64,000 bases of DNA. Source: a virus. The notes below the pieces were generated by a model. The model ran no database searches. It was not told the origin of the DNA and saw only the letters and a list, made by a program, of their open reading frames with translations. Below are positions 10,863 to 22,887 of this stretch, piece by piece (the first letter of the stretch is position 1; each line of letters opens with the position of its first letter). The translations under genes and the position numbers were made by a program. Where the stretch lies: positions 23,975 to 87,974 of the IMG/VR virus record IMGVR_UViG_3300033977_000049; one strand, written 5' to 3'.

Positions 10863-11095
10863 TATGAAACCTGTGCAGAATTACCAAAATCTATCGCAAA
10901 ACAACTACTGGTTCTCGGGGTAGAAGCAGAACCTCCATCAATAAGTAAATTGCCAAAGAAAATAGTAGCCATCTGATTTAATGAAGCCTGTACCGTTTGG
11001 CCGCTTTGCACTAGGGGTATAATTTCCCCTCCCTGTAGGGCAGCGGCTTGCGGCAATTGGCTTATTTTTATCTCTTGTCTATTAATATATGCCAT
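10862..11095 (-). CDS. Small fibre-associated protein
   Basis: [23 protein letters not shown] resembles fibre N-terminal attachment motif; IDGG motif. Confidence 0.55.
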   Translation of the reverse strand: MAYINRQEIKISQLPQAAALQGGEIIPLVQSGQTVQASLNQMATIFFGNLLIDGGSASTPRTSSCFAIDFGNSAQVS

Positions 11096-11097
11096 GA

Positions 11098-11424
11098 TTA
11101 ATATTTATTAAAAAATCCAGACAGCCACGGTTCTTCTTTTAAAAAAGTAGAAATTAAATTGTGCATAGAATCGTTCAAGGGATTTTGAAGCATGATCGCT
11201 GACTTGGCTGCTGTAATGGAATCGTTTTGAGTTAAAGATAGATCGCAAGCGGCGCTTGACGCATACATTTTAATCCAAAAAGAATACCAAGCATAACTTA
11301 CCGCATTTAATAAAAGCGTTCCATTTAATTGATCCAGCCAATTTACTGTGTTATCATCTAAAATGGTTTCGCATTCTAATAATGTACTAGATTCGGTATC
11401 TATAAGCGTTTCACTTTCTGTCAT
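11098..11424 (-). CDS. Hypothetical protein (probable paralog of 23239-23499)
   Basis: C-terminus MHNLISTFLKEEPWLSGFFNKY aligns with IHGMIKNRLAEDPSLAQFFSSY. Confidence 0.55.
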   Translation of the reverse strand: MTESETLIDTESSTLLECETILDDNTVNWLDQLNGTLLLNAVSYAWYSFWIKMYASSAACDLSLTQNDSITAAKSAIMLQNPLNDSMHNLISTFLKEEPWLSGFFNKY

Positions 11425-14400
11425 TAAGTCGAACATTCTAGCTTAGCCAACTCTTCTTTTAAAATCTTTCTATCTTCTTCGCGGTGCGACCATCCAAGTC
11501 GATATATATCATCCATAACTTTTGGCTCTCTGGAAAAATGATGATGAATCATTTTGGCATCTTCGCACCTATGGGCTTCATTTATTTTAATGGCCCTGGA
11601 CCATAACAGGTTATCGCATCCTACATGAAAAAACTTTTCCGAAAAGATTTCTCCGAATTTTTCAATCAAATCTTTTCTAATTAAAAAGTGCTCGCAAATA
11701 TTACTTTTGTCTGGATAAAGCTCTCCGGTATTAAATGTTACAAGGCCATGATTCTTTGATGCCTTTACTGCATTATAAAGGCTCCAGGATTCAAACTCCG
11801 TATCATTAGCGGCAAAAACATAAACATCAGAATTGTTGTTTGCGCGGTACATTCTATTAACTTTTTGAGGAACTGTAGCTTTTTTATCGTTATCTATAAT
11901 AACATCAATGAGATGCTTGGGATAATAAAGGCGATCAATTGAATCCAAGCACCGCTTTAGTCCCGATTCTCTTTCTAGGGTTGGAATTAAAATGCCCACC
12001 CTAGGAAGGAAATTGGGTGAATCAGAAGCCCAACTTTTCATAAAATGATGGAATCCTATAGTATTATCCGTTAACCGGATAGTCCCATCTTGATGATTAT
12101 AGGGGAAAAAATATTCAGGGGAAAGAATTTTAATGGTATAATCCGATGCTACCTTTCCTGGCGCTAACCATAGACATCTAGGCTCGCCATAAGCTTGAAG
12201 ATATATCTTTGGGGTAATCACTTCTTGCGCTGCTTCAAAGACATATGCATCATCTCCGGAAAATTTTTCTTCTATTTCCCTAAGGCACTCTTTCATAATT
12301 GGATGATGCGGAATAGATCCCATTATAGAATTAGCAATAAAACAATTTTCTTCTTGGCATACAAATAGCTTATATTGTAATAAATTATCAAAATTTTTTC
12401 CCGAAAGAATTTCCATATCGGCATCACAATAAATGCCACCTTCTTTTTCTAAATACCACATGCGCAGATAATCAACCGCCTTAATCCATTTTCCCGATGC
12501 CAAAGCCTTTTCCACATAAGATATATTTCTTGGAATGTCTTTTAATCCAATAATTTTATGCTCGTAACCTAGCACCGCTCGCTGGCTGTTAATACATTTT
12601 TCTATAAAGGGTGGCATGGTTTCATTATTAGGTAATCCCCATATAGTAAAAATTTTCTTGGGAATTAATAATTCTAAAGAAATCATGTCTTTATATAATT
12701 CCTGCATTTCTATTAGAGGGGGTTGATAATCTCTTGTTTGGCCTAAAAAAATAGGATCAAATGCACTTCCCGTATCTAAGCATGTAACATTATGATTGGC
12801 TTCCAATACACTAGCTATCAGTGGTTTAGCTGCAAGTCCACAGCTAAATATAAAAATAGAATTATTTTGGCAATATGGGCGTAGCTTGTCTAAAATGGCG
12901 TTGTAATTTGCAAATGCATTTCTTTCTGGAACTTCTATAAATTTAGCCTTCAACATTTCTGTAACTTTACTTAGCTTAGACGGTCCTATAAAAACCTTTA
13001 TCCTGTCAAGATTGCTTAGGGTTTTATAAAAATCATGGATGGGAGTTAGGTCTTTATCTTTTGGATGTAATAAAATATTTCCCAATTGTAAGCTATCTTT
13101 ATCTCTCCAGAATGCAATGTAAGTATCGGGCAGATTATATAAAAAGTTGAATGCTTTGCGCAGGGCTTGATTAAGTTCTAGGGAATAAGCTTGCCCATCA
13201 CAATTTTCGCCCTTTACATATTCCATGCAATGTTGTTCACCGTCGCCAAATTTGATGAAAGCAAATGGTTCGTTCGATATAAGTTTTTGTAAAAGTTCGT
13301 TTAACGATTTTGGATATTTTCCAAATGGTTTCTCTACTATATCACTATGCCATAACAGACCATCCGGCACTTGTTCCACCTGAGATTCCTCAACAGGATT
13401 TCTTTCTTCAAAATATTGTCTATCTTGATTATATTTTGGATGTTGAGGGTCATAAGCTATAGCTTTTTGCCAGTGCTCTTTTGATTTTTCTTGCTGGCCT
13501 AAACGCCAAAATGCCCAATATAACATTTCATGGGGATAATTTGTATAGTGCGATCCTATATTGCAATAACAATCATTAAGGGGAATTTCTAATGCAGCCG
13601 CTCCATAACATACTGTCTTTTGAGCATCGCCCTTTTTATAAAAATATTCAGCTAGTTTAATTAAAGGTTCGCGCCTAGTTCCGTCTACCGTAAAAGATTT
13701 ATGGTAAGCTTCTAGCGCCCTGTCATCTTCACCCAAAGCGAGATAGGAATCCCCTATAAAAATAAAAGATTGCCCGCGCTCCTGTGCCCACCTATTCATT
13801 GCAACGTGTCTGTTTAATTCCTGAATAGCAGATTTGAAACGCCCATTCCAACATAATTCTCGGCCAAAATAGTGTGCATTTCGGTCATTTTCCGGATGTA
13901 AATAACAATCTAGGGCAAGGGCTGGTAAATAATTAGAGCGATGTTCGTGAGGTGCTTGATGGTGCTCTACTAACATGATTTCTTGGGGTAAATAGGTGCA
14001 TTTAGCTTGTCCAACTAATATTTCATGTACGATTCCCTGCCAGTGCATTTTGCGCCGATCATAAGTTCTGCAATGTCGAAATTGAATAGCGGGCTGCCCA
14101 TTAGGATATCGGCAGAATATAAAATGCATTTCCATCTGCTCGTATCCTTCATCAATTAATTTTTCGATAGCATCTATATTTAAGGTGTTATATTTTTCAT
14201 CACAATCAACAATGGATACGATATTATTGTTAGCCAATTCCACGGCGCGATTTCGGGCAGCAGCAAAATCAAATAATTTATCTCCGGCCTTGATAATAGA
14301 TTCTTCGCCTTCAATAATAAACTTTTTATTTACCGCGTCGGCCACTTCTTCGGTAACTATGTGTTTAAATTTCTCGCCTTCTTCAAATACTCTATAGCCA

Positions 14401-14597
14401 TAATTTCTGGCTACCTTAACAGTATCATCCTTACTTCCGGTATCAACTAGGACGACTTCCCCGCCTCGCTTTAAAAATTCAGATAAAGATTTATGAAGTC
14501 TCCAGAGATTCGGTGCTTCATTGCGAGCAATTAAGCATACCGAGAAGCGAACTCCTGATTTATGGATTTTTATTGGATGCCGACTTTTCTTTTCCAT
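11424..14597 (-). CDS. Multidomain glycosyltransferase: GT2 + TPR + GT-D-like + GT32-like + GT2
   Basis: FSVCLIARNE/VDTGSKDDT/VDCDE; TPR-like helices; FIKFGDGE...LDTGSAFDP; IPKKIFTIW...DYLR...EGGIYCDAD; VGILIPT...FAANDT. Confidence 0.85.
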   Translation of the reverse strand: MEKKSRHPIKIHKSGVRFSVCLIARNEAPNLWRLHKSLSEFLKRGGEVVLVDTGSKDDTVKVARNYGYRVFEEGEKFKHIVTEEVADAVNKKFIIEGEESIIKAGDKLFDFAAARNRAVELANNNIVSIVDCDEKYNTLNIDAIEKLIDEGYEQMEMHFIFCRYPNGQPAIQFRHCRTYDRRKMHWQGIVHEILVGQAKCTYLPQEIMLVEHHQAPHEHRSNYLPALALDCYLHPENDRNAHYFGRELCWNGRFKSAIQELNRHVAMNRWAQERGQSFIFIGDSYLALGEDDRALEAYHKSFTVDGTRREPLIKLAEYFYKKGDAQKTVCYGAAALEIPLNDCYCNIGSHYTNYPHEMLYWAFWRLGQQEKSKEHWQKAIAYDPQHPKYNQDRQYFEERNPVEESQVEQVPDGLLWHSDIVEKPFGKYPKSLNELLQKLISNEPFAFIKFGDGEQHCMEYVKGENCDGQAYSLELNQALRKAFNFLYNLPDTYIAFWRDKDSLQLGNILLHPKDKDLTPIHDFYKTLSNLDRIKVFIGPSKLSKVTEMLKAKFIEVPERNAFANYNAILDKLRPYCQNNSIFIFSCGLAAKPLIASVLEANHNVTCLDTGSAFDPIFLGQTRDYQPPLIEMQELYKDMISLELLIPKKIFTIWGLPNNETMPPFIEKCINSQRAVLGYEHKIIGLKDIPRNISYVEKALASGKWIKAVDYLRMWYLEKEGGIYCDADMEILSGKNFDNLLQYKLFVCQEENCFIANSIMGSIPHHPIMKECLREIEEKFSGDDAYVFEAAQEVITPKIYLQAYGEPRCLWLAPGKVASDYTIKILSPEYFFPYNHQDGTIRLTDNTIGFHHFMKSWASDSPNFLPRVGILIPTLERESGLKRCLDSIDRLYYPKHLIDVIIDNDKKATVPQKVNRMYRANNNSDVYVFAANDTEFESWSLYNAVKASKNHGLVTFNTGELYPDKSNICEHFLIRKDLIEKFGEIFSEKFFHVGCDNLLWSRAIKINEAHRCEDAKMIHHHFSREPKVMDDIYRLGWSHREEDRKILKEELAKLECST

Positions 14598-15009
14598 GGT
14601 CGCTCCTTTTTTCTATATCTGATATTCTTAACCTATAAACCTTCCAGGGCAATTCTTCAAATCCAAATTTTTTGGAAAATGTAGGAATAGTTTCTTCAGT
14701 AGCTACATAATATATTTCCCCGGAACCTTCTTGTATAGCTGATGTAATGGCATCTTGGAATAGCGTCTGTAATGCTACTGCAATTTCCCCTATCGAAGCT
14801 GAAGGATTAATACAAAGGCTTTCTAAATGCAAGGGCCTTTGAATTGGTGCAAACATAATTGGCCCATTTTTATTGCAAATAGCTCGAATGGATGTATTTT
14901 TATAAGTTAAAACGCTGGGATCTATCTCATTATTTCTAGTAGACAGTGCCCATTCACAGAATAATTTCCTATCGCTAGCCTTTGCTGGACGCACGAATAC
15001 GGGTAGCAT
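14560..15009 (-). CDS. GNAT-like protein
   Basis: VRPAKASD start and FSKKFGFEE end typical of GNAT fold; tail-region position. Confidence 0.5.
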   Translation of the reverse strand: MLPVFVRPAKASDRKLFCEWALSTRNNEIDPSVLTYKNTSIRAICNKNGPIMFAPIQRPLHLESLCINPSASIGEIAVALQTLFQDAITSAIQEGSGEIYYVATEETIPTFSKKFGFEELPWKVYRLRISDIEKRSDHGKEKSASNKNP

Positions 15010-15017
15010 ATATTCTC

Positions 15018-15410
15018 CTAATTTTTGGGATCGGCGGTTGCAGCAGTGGACATTTTTGAAGGACTGACCGCAGTGCTAATTTTAGCCTTTGCCATGCCCA
15101 GCCTTTCCCTTTCCGCAGTATCCAATCGTTTATTAATATCAGTTATGGCTTGTTCTATTCGAGCCACGGCGGGAACAATTATATCTAATTTTTGTTTAAA
15201 GTCTTCATTGGCACTTTGCAATGCCGTTACTTTTTCATTAATAGATGTGGATTGTATGGCATTTCCTGACAGTTGATCCGCCACTTTGGAGCGGTCTGAC
15301 CATAGCCACCCTATTAATCCAAATAGAGCACAAAGCAGCATAATAATAACCGTTGCTGCTCCCCAATTAATATGTGGCGATCTACATTCCGGATGATGGT
15401 GATTATGCAT
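15018..15410 (-). CDS. Single-TM coiled-coil protein
   Basis: Hydrophobic N-terminal helix followed by heptad region. Confidence 0.55.
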   Translation of the reverse strand: MHNHHHPECRSPHINWGAATVIIMLLCALFGLIGWLWSDRSKVADQLSGNAIQSTSINEKVTALQSANEDFKQKLDIIVPAVARIEQAITDINKRLDTAERERLGMAKAKISTAVSPSKMSTAATADPKN

Positions 15411-16542
15411 TTATTTTTCCTTCAGCAAAGGACCTATTACTGATAATTCTTGATGCTTCATTTTCCGGTAAAGACAAGTTTAAAATTCTATCGCATATTA
15501 GTTTGGATAGATAATATTTGCCGACCCAATAGGCAGAAATGGCAAGTTCGTCTAGTGCTCGCCATTCATATACTTCTTTTTCCACAAACAATCTATCATT
15601 TGGAATCGGTATGTTTACTGCTTGTTGGGCAAAAAGAAAAGCAGCATCATGATAATTATGACATCTATAATATCTAGCCAGGCGATATATAGGTTCGGCC
15701 CTAGTCGGACGGCGATTATAGGCCCTTAAATATGAAAATACTATTTCTTTTTCTGATAAATCAAGTTGCTCTGATACGCAGCCAATTTGATATGCCGACC
15801 ACCAAGCCTCTTCATCCCAGCCGCCCATTTCCATCCGTCGTGTATAAAGATCTATGGCTTCCTTAAAATTTCCAAGATCACGATGGGTTTGGGCTAGATA
15901 AAATATTGTACGGCAATCGTCTGGATTTTTTCTATAAGCCCCTAAAAGAAGCCCCAAATCCCTTTCTAGCTTTTCTTTATATTGTTCCGGAGTTTTTCCG
16001 GGTCGTTCTCTATAAATTCCGGAAAGCGGATACGTGGTATAAAATCTCTGACAATCCAGATATTCATGAGTCTCACCTTTCCAAATCCAAGGTAAATTGC
16101 TTCTAATTAAAAATGGCCTTAAATATTGCAGTGAACAATATTTTTCCAATATTTCATAGCAATCTTTTTCTAGGGGATCGGGAAGTTTGAAATTCGTGTC
16201 TGGAAATAATTTTGTGCGCCCATCCATAAGCATAATATAATCACAATTCATTTCTTGGGCTAATTTTAGTGCTTCATTTCTATTATGCTCAAAATTTTTC
16301 CATTCGCTAGTTTTTATTGTTATCGGAAGGCCAAGATTATTACACGTTTCCTGGCAAATCTGTAAAGTATTATCTTTGCTTCCGGTATCTATAATTGCGG
16401 CATGTGTAATAAAGGGCAATGCCGATTTAATAGTATTTTCTATGTATTGCGCCTCATCTCGCACAATCATATTCCAGCAAATTGTATTTTTAGTTAAAGC
16501 ATTTGGCTCGTTAAAACGACGCCGATCAATAACTTTTATCAT
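15403..16542 (-). CDS. GT2 glycosyltransferase with TPR repeats
   Basis: ICWNMIVRDE, IDTGSKDNT, F..NRNEAL, GETHEYL, FYLAQT, RPTRAEP. Confidence 0.85.
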   Translation of the reverse strand: MIKVIDRRRFNEPNALTKNTICWNMIVRDEAQYIENTIKSALPFITHAAIIDTGSKDNTLQICQETCNNLGLPITIKTSEWKNFEHNRNEALKLAQEMNCDYIMLMDGRTKLFPDTNFKLPDPLEKDCYEILEKYCSLQYLRPFLIRSNLPWIWKGETHEYLDCQRFYTTYPLSGIYRERPGKTPEQYKEKLERDLGLLLGAYRKNPDDCRTIFYLAQTHRDLGNFKEAIDLYTRRMEMGGWDEEAWWSAYQIGCVSEQLDLSEKEIVFSYLRAYNRRPTRAEPIYRLARYYRCHNYHDAAFLFAQQAVNIPIPNDRLFVEKEVYEWRALDELAISAYWVGKYYLSKLICDRILNLSLPENEASRIISNRSFAEGKINA

Positions 16543-16553
16543 TTTCCCCTTTT

Positions 16554-19307
16554 TTAAGTTACACTTATCAAAAATACAATTTGATAATTACCATTACTTC
16601 CTGCAACTGAATAAGAAAATGTGGGATTTAATGGCCCGCCCGTAGGAATGCCTGTATATAAACAACCAGAAGCATTAGCACCATCATTAACCTGTTGCTG
16701 TTTCGTAACCGTAGCTGCTGGATCGGATACAGTATCAGTAGAAGCAGCGCGATTAGAACCAAAATAAATCGCCAAATCCGTAGAACATGGAGAGGGTGAG
16801 GTACTTGAGTTCATGCTAAGTGTTATAGAAGAAGATCCAGTTGTATTAATTTGACTGGTAATGGGAAACCAAATTCTATCCATGCCCTTGAGAGTTATAA
16901 TGGCTAAGACCGCATCATACGTTCCACTAAAACTGATTGTAACTGATCCATTGCTAATGTCAGTAGAATTTAAAACTTTCCAAAAAGTATTTTTTGTCCA
17001 ACTAGCTTGATTAACTGAATCAATGGAAACCCATCCGTTAGGAGTTGTGGCATAATAACCTCCAGCCGTAAAAATAATAGCCAAATCACCAGCTTGGGTT
17101 CCCGAAGGCCAAGAAACTGTATAACTTGACGCACTCGATGCTTGAATGCCAGTTCCCCTAATGGATGGCGTGGAAACCGCCCCTCCCGTAGCACCAGTTG
17201 GTCCGGTTGCTCCAGTGGCTCCTGCTCCAGTTACTCCAGTTAGTCCAGTGGGTCCAGCGGGTCCAGTGGGTCCAGCGGGTCCAGTGGGTCCAGTGGGTCC
17301 AGCGGGTCCAGTTGGCCCTTGTAATCCAGCAGCCGCCGTATTTGGCGGACCTTGCACAATAGTTGTATCTGTAACGGCTCCGGCCCATCCATTACCACTT
17401 AAATCCGGCTCTGGGCTAGTGCCCATAAATTTCCAATAAACTGTAGGATAGCCCACCGATACATCCATTGAGGGATATCCATTTGCCAGATTAGTTATAT
17501 CTGTTGCGGTTAATTCTTTTCCTATCCACACCGCAGGCTCGGCAACGGAATGAGGTGAAAAATAGCTTGTAGTAGTTCCCACTATACCAGCATTAGTCTG
17601 GAAAAATCCATTAGTACCAGTCATAGGACCTTGATTGCTTCCCGGACCAATCGTAGAAACTAATGCTCCGTTTAAATAAGTATAATATGTTCCATTCCCA
17701 GAAGTAATAAAGGCTATATGATTCCAAACTCCCACCATTCCAGCCCAATAACTCGATGGAATACATACAGCGCCCCAATCGATCCAGGCTTGGGAACCGG
17801 AATTATAATAAGAAGTCCATAATAATGCTCCTGATGGGCCGCTTTGCACATCCCAATCTAGGGCCATGTCGAAATAATAATTTGCCGATCCATCATTCCA
17901 ATATGATTCTGCAAAACAGCATTCTATAGTATCACTTGCTTGGCCAGTTTTAGGTTGCCATAATGGTTTAAACCAAAATGACATAGACATAGAACCGCCA
18001 GAATATGTAATTCCAGAACTGGTGGTATAGGTTGTGGTTATATGTCCTGTAGAGCCATCGCCTTTACGTCCGGAAAATGGAGCAGTGGCATTAGCGCCCG
18101 TTGTTCCGGTTAATCCGGTTGGACCAGTCATGCCAGTTGGCCCTGTTGATCCAGTGGGTCCTGTTCCCCCACCACCCGATCCTCCCGTTGGAGCTTCCCA
18201 ATTTATTCCATAGGGCTGAGAAGGATCAACGGTTAATACATAACCAGCGGTTGCTCCTACTGGTAACACTACATCTTGTTTGCCGCTGCCAGTAATTAAT
18301 CCGCCTTCAGGCAATAAGGGTAGTCCCGTTATAATTTGCTGAGCCGCAGAGGAAAATGTTGCTAAAATGACCGCATAAGCTGCCGCTGATGTTCCCGGAC
18401 CCCCTACCGATGAGGTTACTTGACCAGATGGCAGATTGCTTATCGATGCAGTAGCAATCTCATACCAACCGCTACTCCAGGAGGGAACCGTAAATGAAGA
18501 GGGAGACCAAGATCCCCATGTTGGGGTATAATAAAATGAAAAAGTAGCAAGGGCCAATACCGGACCAGATGAACTAACTGTGCTAGTAGCAAGTGTTCCC
18601 GGTTGATTTCCAGCATTTCCCGTACCAACTGTTAGACTTGGCTTTCCTTGAATTTCAATAACATAACAAACATCATATCCGTATCCCGGAGTTGGCCAAG
18701 TGTTAGAAGTAAAATTCCAAGAGCTTCCATCTCCCGATTGGACAATTTTTTCTCCTATAACTGCATTGCCGCCATATCCAGAACCGCTATAACTGGATAA
18801 TTGTTTAAATCCAGTCGGAAGATTTATTGTAACCGGACCACTGGACGAACTAGAGAGTGCTATAGCTATTAACGTATTTCCTGGTGTGGGAGAATTAGGA
18901 AGAGTAACGGTAAGTGGATTGGAATAAACATTTCCAGTTTGAGAAGCTTGTACGATTTGAGGAATAGTAGGCGCTGTGGGTTGTACCGTTACAGTTCCAG
19001 CAGCAGCTTTTTGAGCCGCTTGATTAGCTTTTACAAGAGCTTGCTGCGCTGTATTACTTATCAGCGTAGGCATTGTAGGAAGATTTCTAACAAAAGTTGG
19101 CCGATCTGGAAAGAATCTGGTTGTATAAATATCAGCAGCCGGATCTACGGGAAGATTCCCACGATTGGGAGATGGATTTCCGGGAACAGATAGAAGGGTT
19201 CCTTGATCCTTAGTTGGCGCTATGGGAATTTGTGGCGCTGGATTTTGCGAGGATTGAAATTCCGCCTGCGTTGCTGGCGTTGCCGCTCTTGATTCAAGTG
19301 ATGGCAT
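16554..19307 (-). CDS. Tail fibre/adhesin with collagen segments and LamG-like domain
   Basis: GPT/GPA triplets; MSFWFKP...WNHIAF...YLNGALV concanavalin/LamG signature; S/T-rich beta domains. Confidence 0.75.
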   Translation of the reverse strand: MPSLESRAATPATQAEFQSSQNPAPQIPIAPTKDQGTLLSVPGNPSPNRGNLPVDPAADIYTTRFFPDRPTFVRNLPTMPTLISNTAQQALVKANQAAQKAAAGTVTVQPTAPTIPQIVQASQTGNVYSNPLTVTLPNSPTPGNTLIAIALSSSSSGPVTINLPTGFKQLSSYSGSGYGGNAVIGEKIVQSGDGSSWNFTSNTWPTPGYGYDVCYVIEIQGKPSLTVGTGNAGNQPGTLATSTVSSSGPVLALATFSFYYTPTWGSWSPSSFTVPSWSSGWYEIATASISNLPSGQVTSSVGGPGTSAAAYAVILATFSSAAQQIITGLPLLPEGGLITGSGKQDVVLPVGATAGYVLTVDPSQPYGINWEAPTGGSGGGGTGPTGSTGPTGMTGPTGLTGTTGANATAPFSGRKGDGSTGHITTTYTTSSGITYSGGSMSMSFWFKPLWQPKTGQASDTIECCFAESYWNDGSANYYFDMALDWDVQSGPSGALLWTSYYNSGSQAWIDWGAVCIPSSYWAGMVGVWNHIAFITSGNGTYYTYLNGALVSTIGPGSNQGPMTGTNGFFQTNAGIVGTTTSYFSPHSVAEPAVWIGKELTATDITNLANGYPSMDVSVGYPTVYWKFMGTSPEPDLSGNGWAGAVTDTTIVQGPPNTAAAGLQGPTGPAGPTGPTGPAGPTGPAGPTGLTGVTGAGATGATGPTGATGGAVSTPSIRGTGIQASSASSYTVSWPSGTQAGDLAIIFTAGGYYATTPNGWVSIDSVNQASWTKNTFWKVLNSTDISNGSVTISFSGTYDAVLAIITLKGMDRIWFPITSQINTTGSSSITLSMNSSTSPSPCSTDLAIYFGSNRAASTDTVSDPAATVTKQQQVNDGANASGCLYTGIPTGGPLNPTFSYSVAGSNGNYQIVFLISVT

Positions 19308-19312
19308 CTAAT

Positions 19313-22300
19313 TTATTCTCGTCCGCTTAGACTTCCCCAAACGGAAAGGGTATAAAGCTCATTTCTTACGGCTTCCGCTGGAAATGCTATTTGCATTTGT
19401 ATATGCCGACCAATAATTGGTACAGCGCCTTGCAAAAGATAAAACCTCTTACTCATAATCGAGGTACTAGGGGTTAAAATCGGAGGATCGCTTACGCTAT
19501 TAGGAAGTGCTTCAAATGAAATGCGAGTTGGATTTAAATAATCATAAACCTCATCTAATATAACGCTAACGGTTGGAATGCTTCCTTTATTAGGCAATTC
19601 AACAGTAATACTTTCAATTTCCGCTATCTGTCCCGGTTGGGCCAAAACCAAGCTACCAAGAATAATAGAACCAGTATATGTATTTCCTAAATCGGTAAAT
19701 ATTCCATTGGGTCCGGGAGGAGTTCTATAGGCAACCATTGCCTGATTCGTGTATGAATTCCATACCCCAACTAATAATTGATGAACTCCAGGGGCGGTTT
19801 CGACAGAGCCGATAGATGTATAGCTCCATTGAGAATTATCGTATCCGGTTCCAGTATTTCCAGTTGCAGCAACTCCATTAGCATTGGTCACTGTGAATGT
19901 ACTAGAGCCGATTGCCGTTACGGGAAATGTTCCGTTATTACCAGCATTCGCCATGCCGATAACAGTAATGTTATCTCCAACTACTATAGCATTACCCGTT
20001 AAGCTGGTATAGGTATAAGTCCAAGAACTTCCCGAACCTGACACCGTGGTTATGGTATTTATTATAGGACCAGCAAAAAATTTTGCCTTTGGACTCCACG
20101 CGGGTCCGCCTTCTGGAGGCTGATTCCAATTACACCTGTACCAAGTAGAACTTCCATCAGCAAGAAATACCGCTTTATCTGAACTTCCTGAAATCAATGA
20201 TGCTACGTAAACTGTACTAGGATTATATGCCGGATCAATTTCCAGCCGATTACCAATTGCGAATCCATCCTCATTAATACCAGCAGCCGAAAATCTTATA
20301 AATTGGCGGTCGGCAGAATACAACCAAGTATTTACCCCATCTGCGGCAAGAGCATTATACGAACTAAGTCCAAGGCCCGTTAACATGGGCATGGGATACA
20401 TGGATGCAAGAGTACTTCCGGCAATATAATAAAGATCGGATTGAGTCCATACTAATAAGGCAGATGATGTGGGAACTAATCTATTGATTTGTGTTGGAAA
20501 GGTAAAATAATTTAATGGCGGAAATGCCTCTGAGCCATTTCCAACAAGGCAATCTGGACCAGCAGAATAATAAAGTAAATTGCCGACCGCTCCCCATATC
20601 CGCCCTAAATGATAAGCCATCTTAACAATGCCAGATGGAGGAGGGTTGTTTACATAATTTACTGGTCCTGGTTGGGTTATTATAAGTGATATATCGGGAG
20701 AGTTATCTTCTATTTGTACCGTGCTTACGCCCGGAGTCCATCCACTAGGCCAAAGAGTGGTGCAAAGATATGGAGAAGTTGGAATATTTAAAAATATTGA
20801 TCCACCATCAGTAATACGAAATACCCAAATTTGATCTACCTGTGGATCGGTAGGGGCTAAAAGCGTTACCTTAACTCCCGTAGCATTTGTAAATATTCCC
20901 GTGCCCGTACTAGGAGGAGTGGTGGAAGAAACATGTCCACTTTTACTATTTCCATAAGCCGCAACATATTGATATCCAGTAAAGGCATTAAATGTTCCGG
21001 GCGTGGTATCAATAGATATAGGCGGACCTCCGGTTGCCCATATAGTGATTTTAACCCAAGTAATATACCACGTTGCCAATCCCGTTCCTTGAGGATTAAA
21101 TGCTTGAAGCGCTACACCAAATCCAATTCCACCCACACTAGAAGCGGCGATATTTTGTATGCCCCAAAAATCTCCAGCCCCTCCTATGGAAATTGTACTC
21201 GAAGAAGTCCCTAACTGTACCGTTCTTACATTTCCGGTAGGCTGTCCGGCCAATAAAAGCTGAGCGGTTAAATAACATCCCGAAGGATTGCTTCCTTGAT
21301 ATCCATTTACCTGAACCTGAATTCCTTGCACGACAGATGGAGAAGTAATATTAAATCCAAAATTAGTTCCCTCTAATAAGTCGCTTTTATTAGACGATGG
21401 CAAGCTATAAGTAACCGCAATTTTAATGGCATCTACTTCACCCACATTTGCTTGCGTTGCCGGATAACCAGTTGCGGTAACTATTAAACTTACTCCAAAG
21501 GCAGATGAATTAATAAGATCGGGAGTTAATGACGATCCCCATAAAACTCCATCGTAACTTCTCCAAGTCAAATTTCCGGGCCATGAATTGGGACTAACAT
21601 CATATTGGGCATTACTAGATCCAACTCCCAAAAGTTGCAAAGAGCCATATAATCCGGGATATTGAGAAGTTTGATATTGAGCGGCACATTTTACCGATAC
21701 TGTAACATCAATAATTTTTGCATATGAAGGTATGGTAAATCCAAATCCACTTGCCTGTAATGGGCTGGAGGTTGTTCCCGGCTGCATAGTAATAGTAGCA
21801 CAATTTCCATCTTCGATTTCCACATAGAAAGGATTCTGCCATTCATTCATGTAATCAATGGCAGCGGTGGGAAATAAAGGCCCCACGACTTTTGAAGGAA
21901 TAGACCCAACTGTTACTGTAGCGGGTCCGCCAGTTCCGGTAGTAATACTACCATAAGCGAACCAAGGAACTCCATTACCAAAACTATAATTAGACCCATT
22001 GCTAATAACTACATTACCGGCTCCAGAATTTACAATAGATACTATAAATGGGCTGCTAGGAGATCCCAGCAAAGGCATTGTTACTGCCACGCCGGATGCG
22101 TTATTACAAATAATATAAGTACCATTATCATTGCTTTGAATTGTATAAGTTGATCCAGTTACAGGGGAATTTGGGCTTTGTGTGGTAGTCAAAACCTGAC
22201 CGGACTGATAATGAAGATTAGTTCCGTCACAATAAAGCGTTACAGTATCGTTAGTGCGAAGCGTAATACTTAATACTCCTGCCGCTGATACATCAGCCGC

Positions 22301-22876
22301 AGTACCCGGCAGGGAAGGCCCAGATGGTCCGGAAAACGGACCAATAGAAATACCCCAATTTCTTACTCCCTGTGTGATTCCGCTTACATTAGGGTCGCAC
22401 CATGCTAAGGCGCGAGAGCCGGTACCCATATAGAGCACATTTCCCACGCCTTGAAAATAACATTGATTATTAATTTCGGAAGCTTGTTTGGAAAAAATTT
22501 GGGTAGATAACGAAGGGGTAATGACATCTACTTCCACCGCCGTATCCACTATTACATCAAACGGATTGGGGATAGAAGCTATTTGGCGGAAGGAATAAAA
22601 ACTTTTGATTTGTGCGGATAGGCTTGCAGTAGAATAAGGGGCTAATCCAGGACGGCGAATATATGTACCATAATTAGTCAACTCCATATTCGAGCCGTCA
22701 ACCAACATGTCAGTGCGGACGCCATAGAATCTGGTATAATACCTACTGTCGGGTCCGTTGAAAGGACTGCGATTAGTCCAAAGGCCAGAGAAGAAATGCT
22801 GTGTGGACAGGGGTATAAAATGAGTCGCGTTTTTAGGTTGAGCGCCAGAAGACTGAAGCAGTCCTGGATCTGCCAT
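19313..22876 (-). CDS. Tail nozzle/stabilisation-type protein with inserted beta domains
   Basis: 1187 aa downstream of adaptor genes; beta-propeller-like segments (HLGRIWG, LYYS); two internal GF.I...I..V.V repeats. Confidence 0.6.
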   Translation of the reverse strand: MADPGLLQSSGAQPKNATHFIPLSTQHFFSGLWTNRSPFNGPDSRYYTRFYGVRTDMLVDGSNMELTNYGTYIRRPGLAPYSTASLSAQIKSFYSFRQIASIPNPFDVIVDTAVEVDVITPSLSTQIFSKQASEINNQCYFQGVGNVLYMGTGSRALAWCDPNVSGITQGVRNWGISIGPFSGPSGPSLPGTAADVSAAGVLSITLRTNDTVTLYCDGTNLHYQSGQVLTTTQSPNSPVTGSTYTIQSNDNGTYIICNNASGVAVTMPLLGSPSSPFIVSIVNSGAGNVVISNGSNYSFGNGVPWFAYGSITTGTGGPATVTVGSIPSKVVGPLFPTAAIDYMNEWQNPFYVEIEDGNCATITMQPGTTSSPLQASGFGFTIPSYAKIIDVTVSVKCAAQYQTSQYPGLYGSLQLLGVGSSNAQYDVSPNSWPGNLTWRSYDGVLWGSSLTPDLINSSAFGVSLIVTATGYPATQANVGEVDAIKIAVTYSLPSSNKSDLLEGTNFGFNITSPSVVQGIQVQVNGYQGSNPSGCYLTAQLLLAGQPTGNVRTVQLGTSSSTISIGGAGDFWGIQNIAASSVGGIGFGVALQAFNPQGTGLATWYITWVKITIWATGGPPISIDTTPGTFNAFTGYQYVAAYGNSKSGHVSSTTPPSTGTGIFTNATGVKVTLLAPTDPQVDQIWVFRITDGGSIFLNIPTSPYLCTTLWPSGWTPGVSTVQIEDNSPDISLIITQPGPVNYVNNPPPSGIVKMAYHLGRIWGAVGNLLYYSAGPDCLVGNGSEAFPPLNYFTFPTQINRLVPTSSALLVWTQSDLYYIAGSTLASMYPMPMLTGLGLSSYNALAADGVNTWLYSADRQFIRFSAAGINEDGFAIGNRLEIDPAYNPSTVYVASLISGSSDKAVFLADGSSTWYRCNWNQPPEGGPAWSPKAKFFAGPIINTITTVSGSGSSWTYTYTSLTGNAIVVGDNITVIGMANAGNNGTFPVTAIGSSTFTVTNANGVAATGNTGTGYDNSQWSYTSIGSVETAPGVHQLLVGVWNSYTNQAMVAYRTPPGPNGIFTDLGNTYTGSIILGSLVLAQPGQIAEIESITVELPNKGSIPTVSVILDEVYDYLNPTRISFEALPNSVSDPPILTPSTSIMSKRFYLLQGAVPIIGRHIQMQIAFPAEAVRNELYTLSVWGSLSGRE

Positions 22877-22887
22877 CTAATTACTCC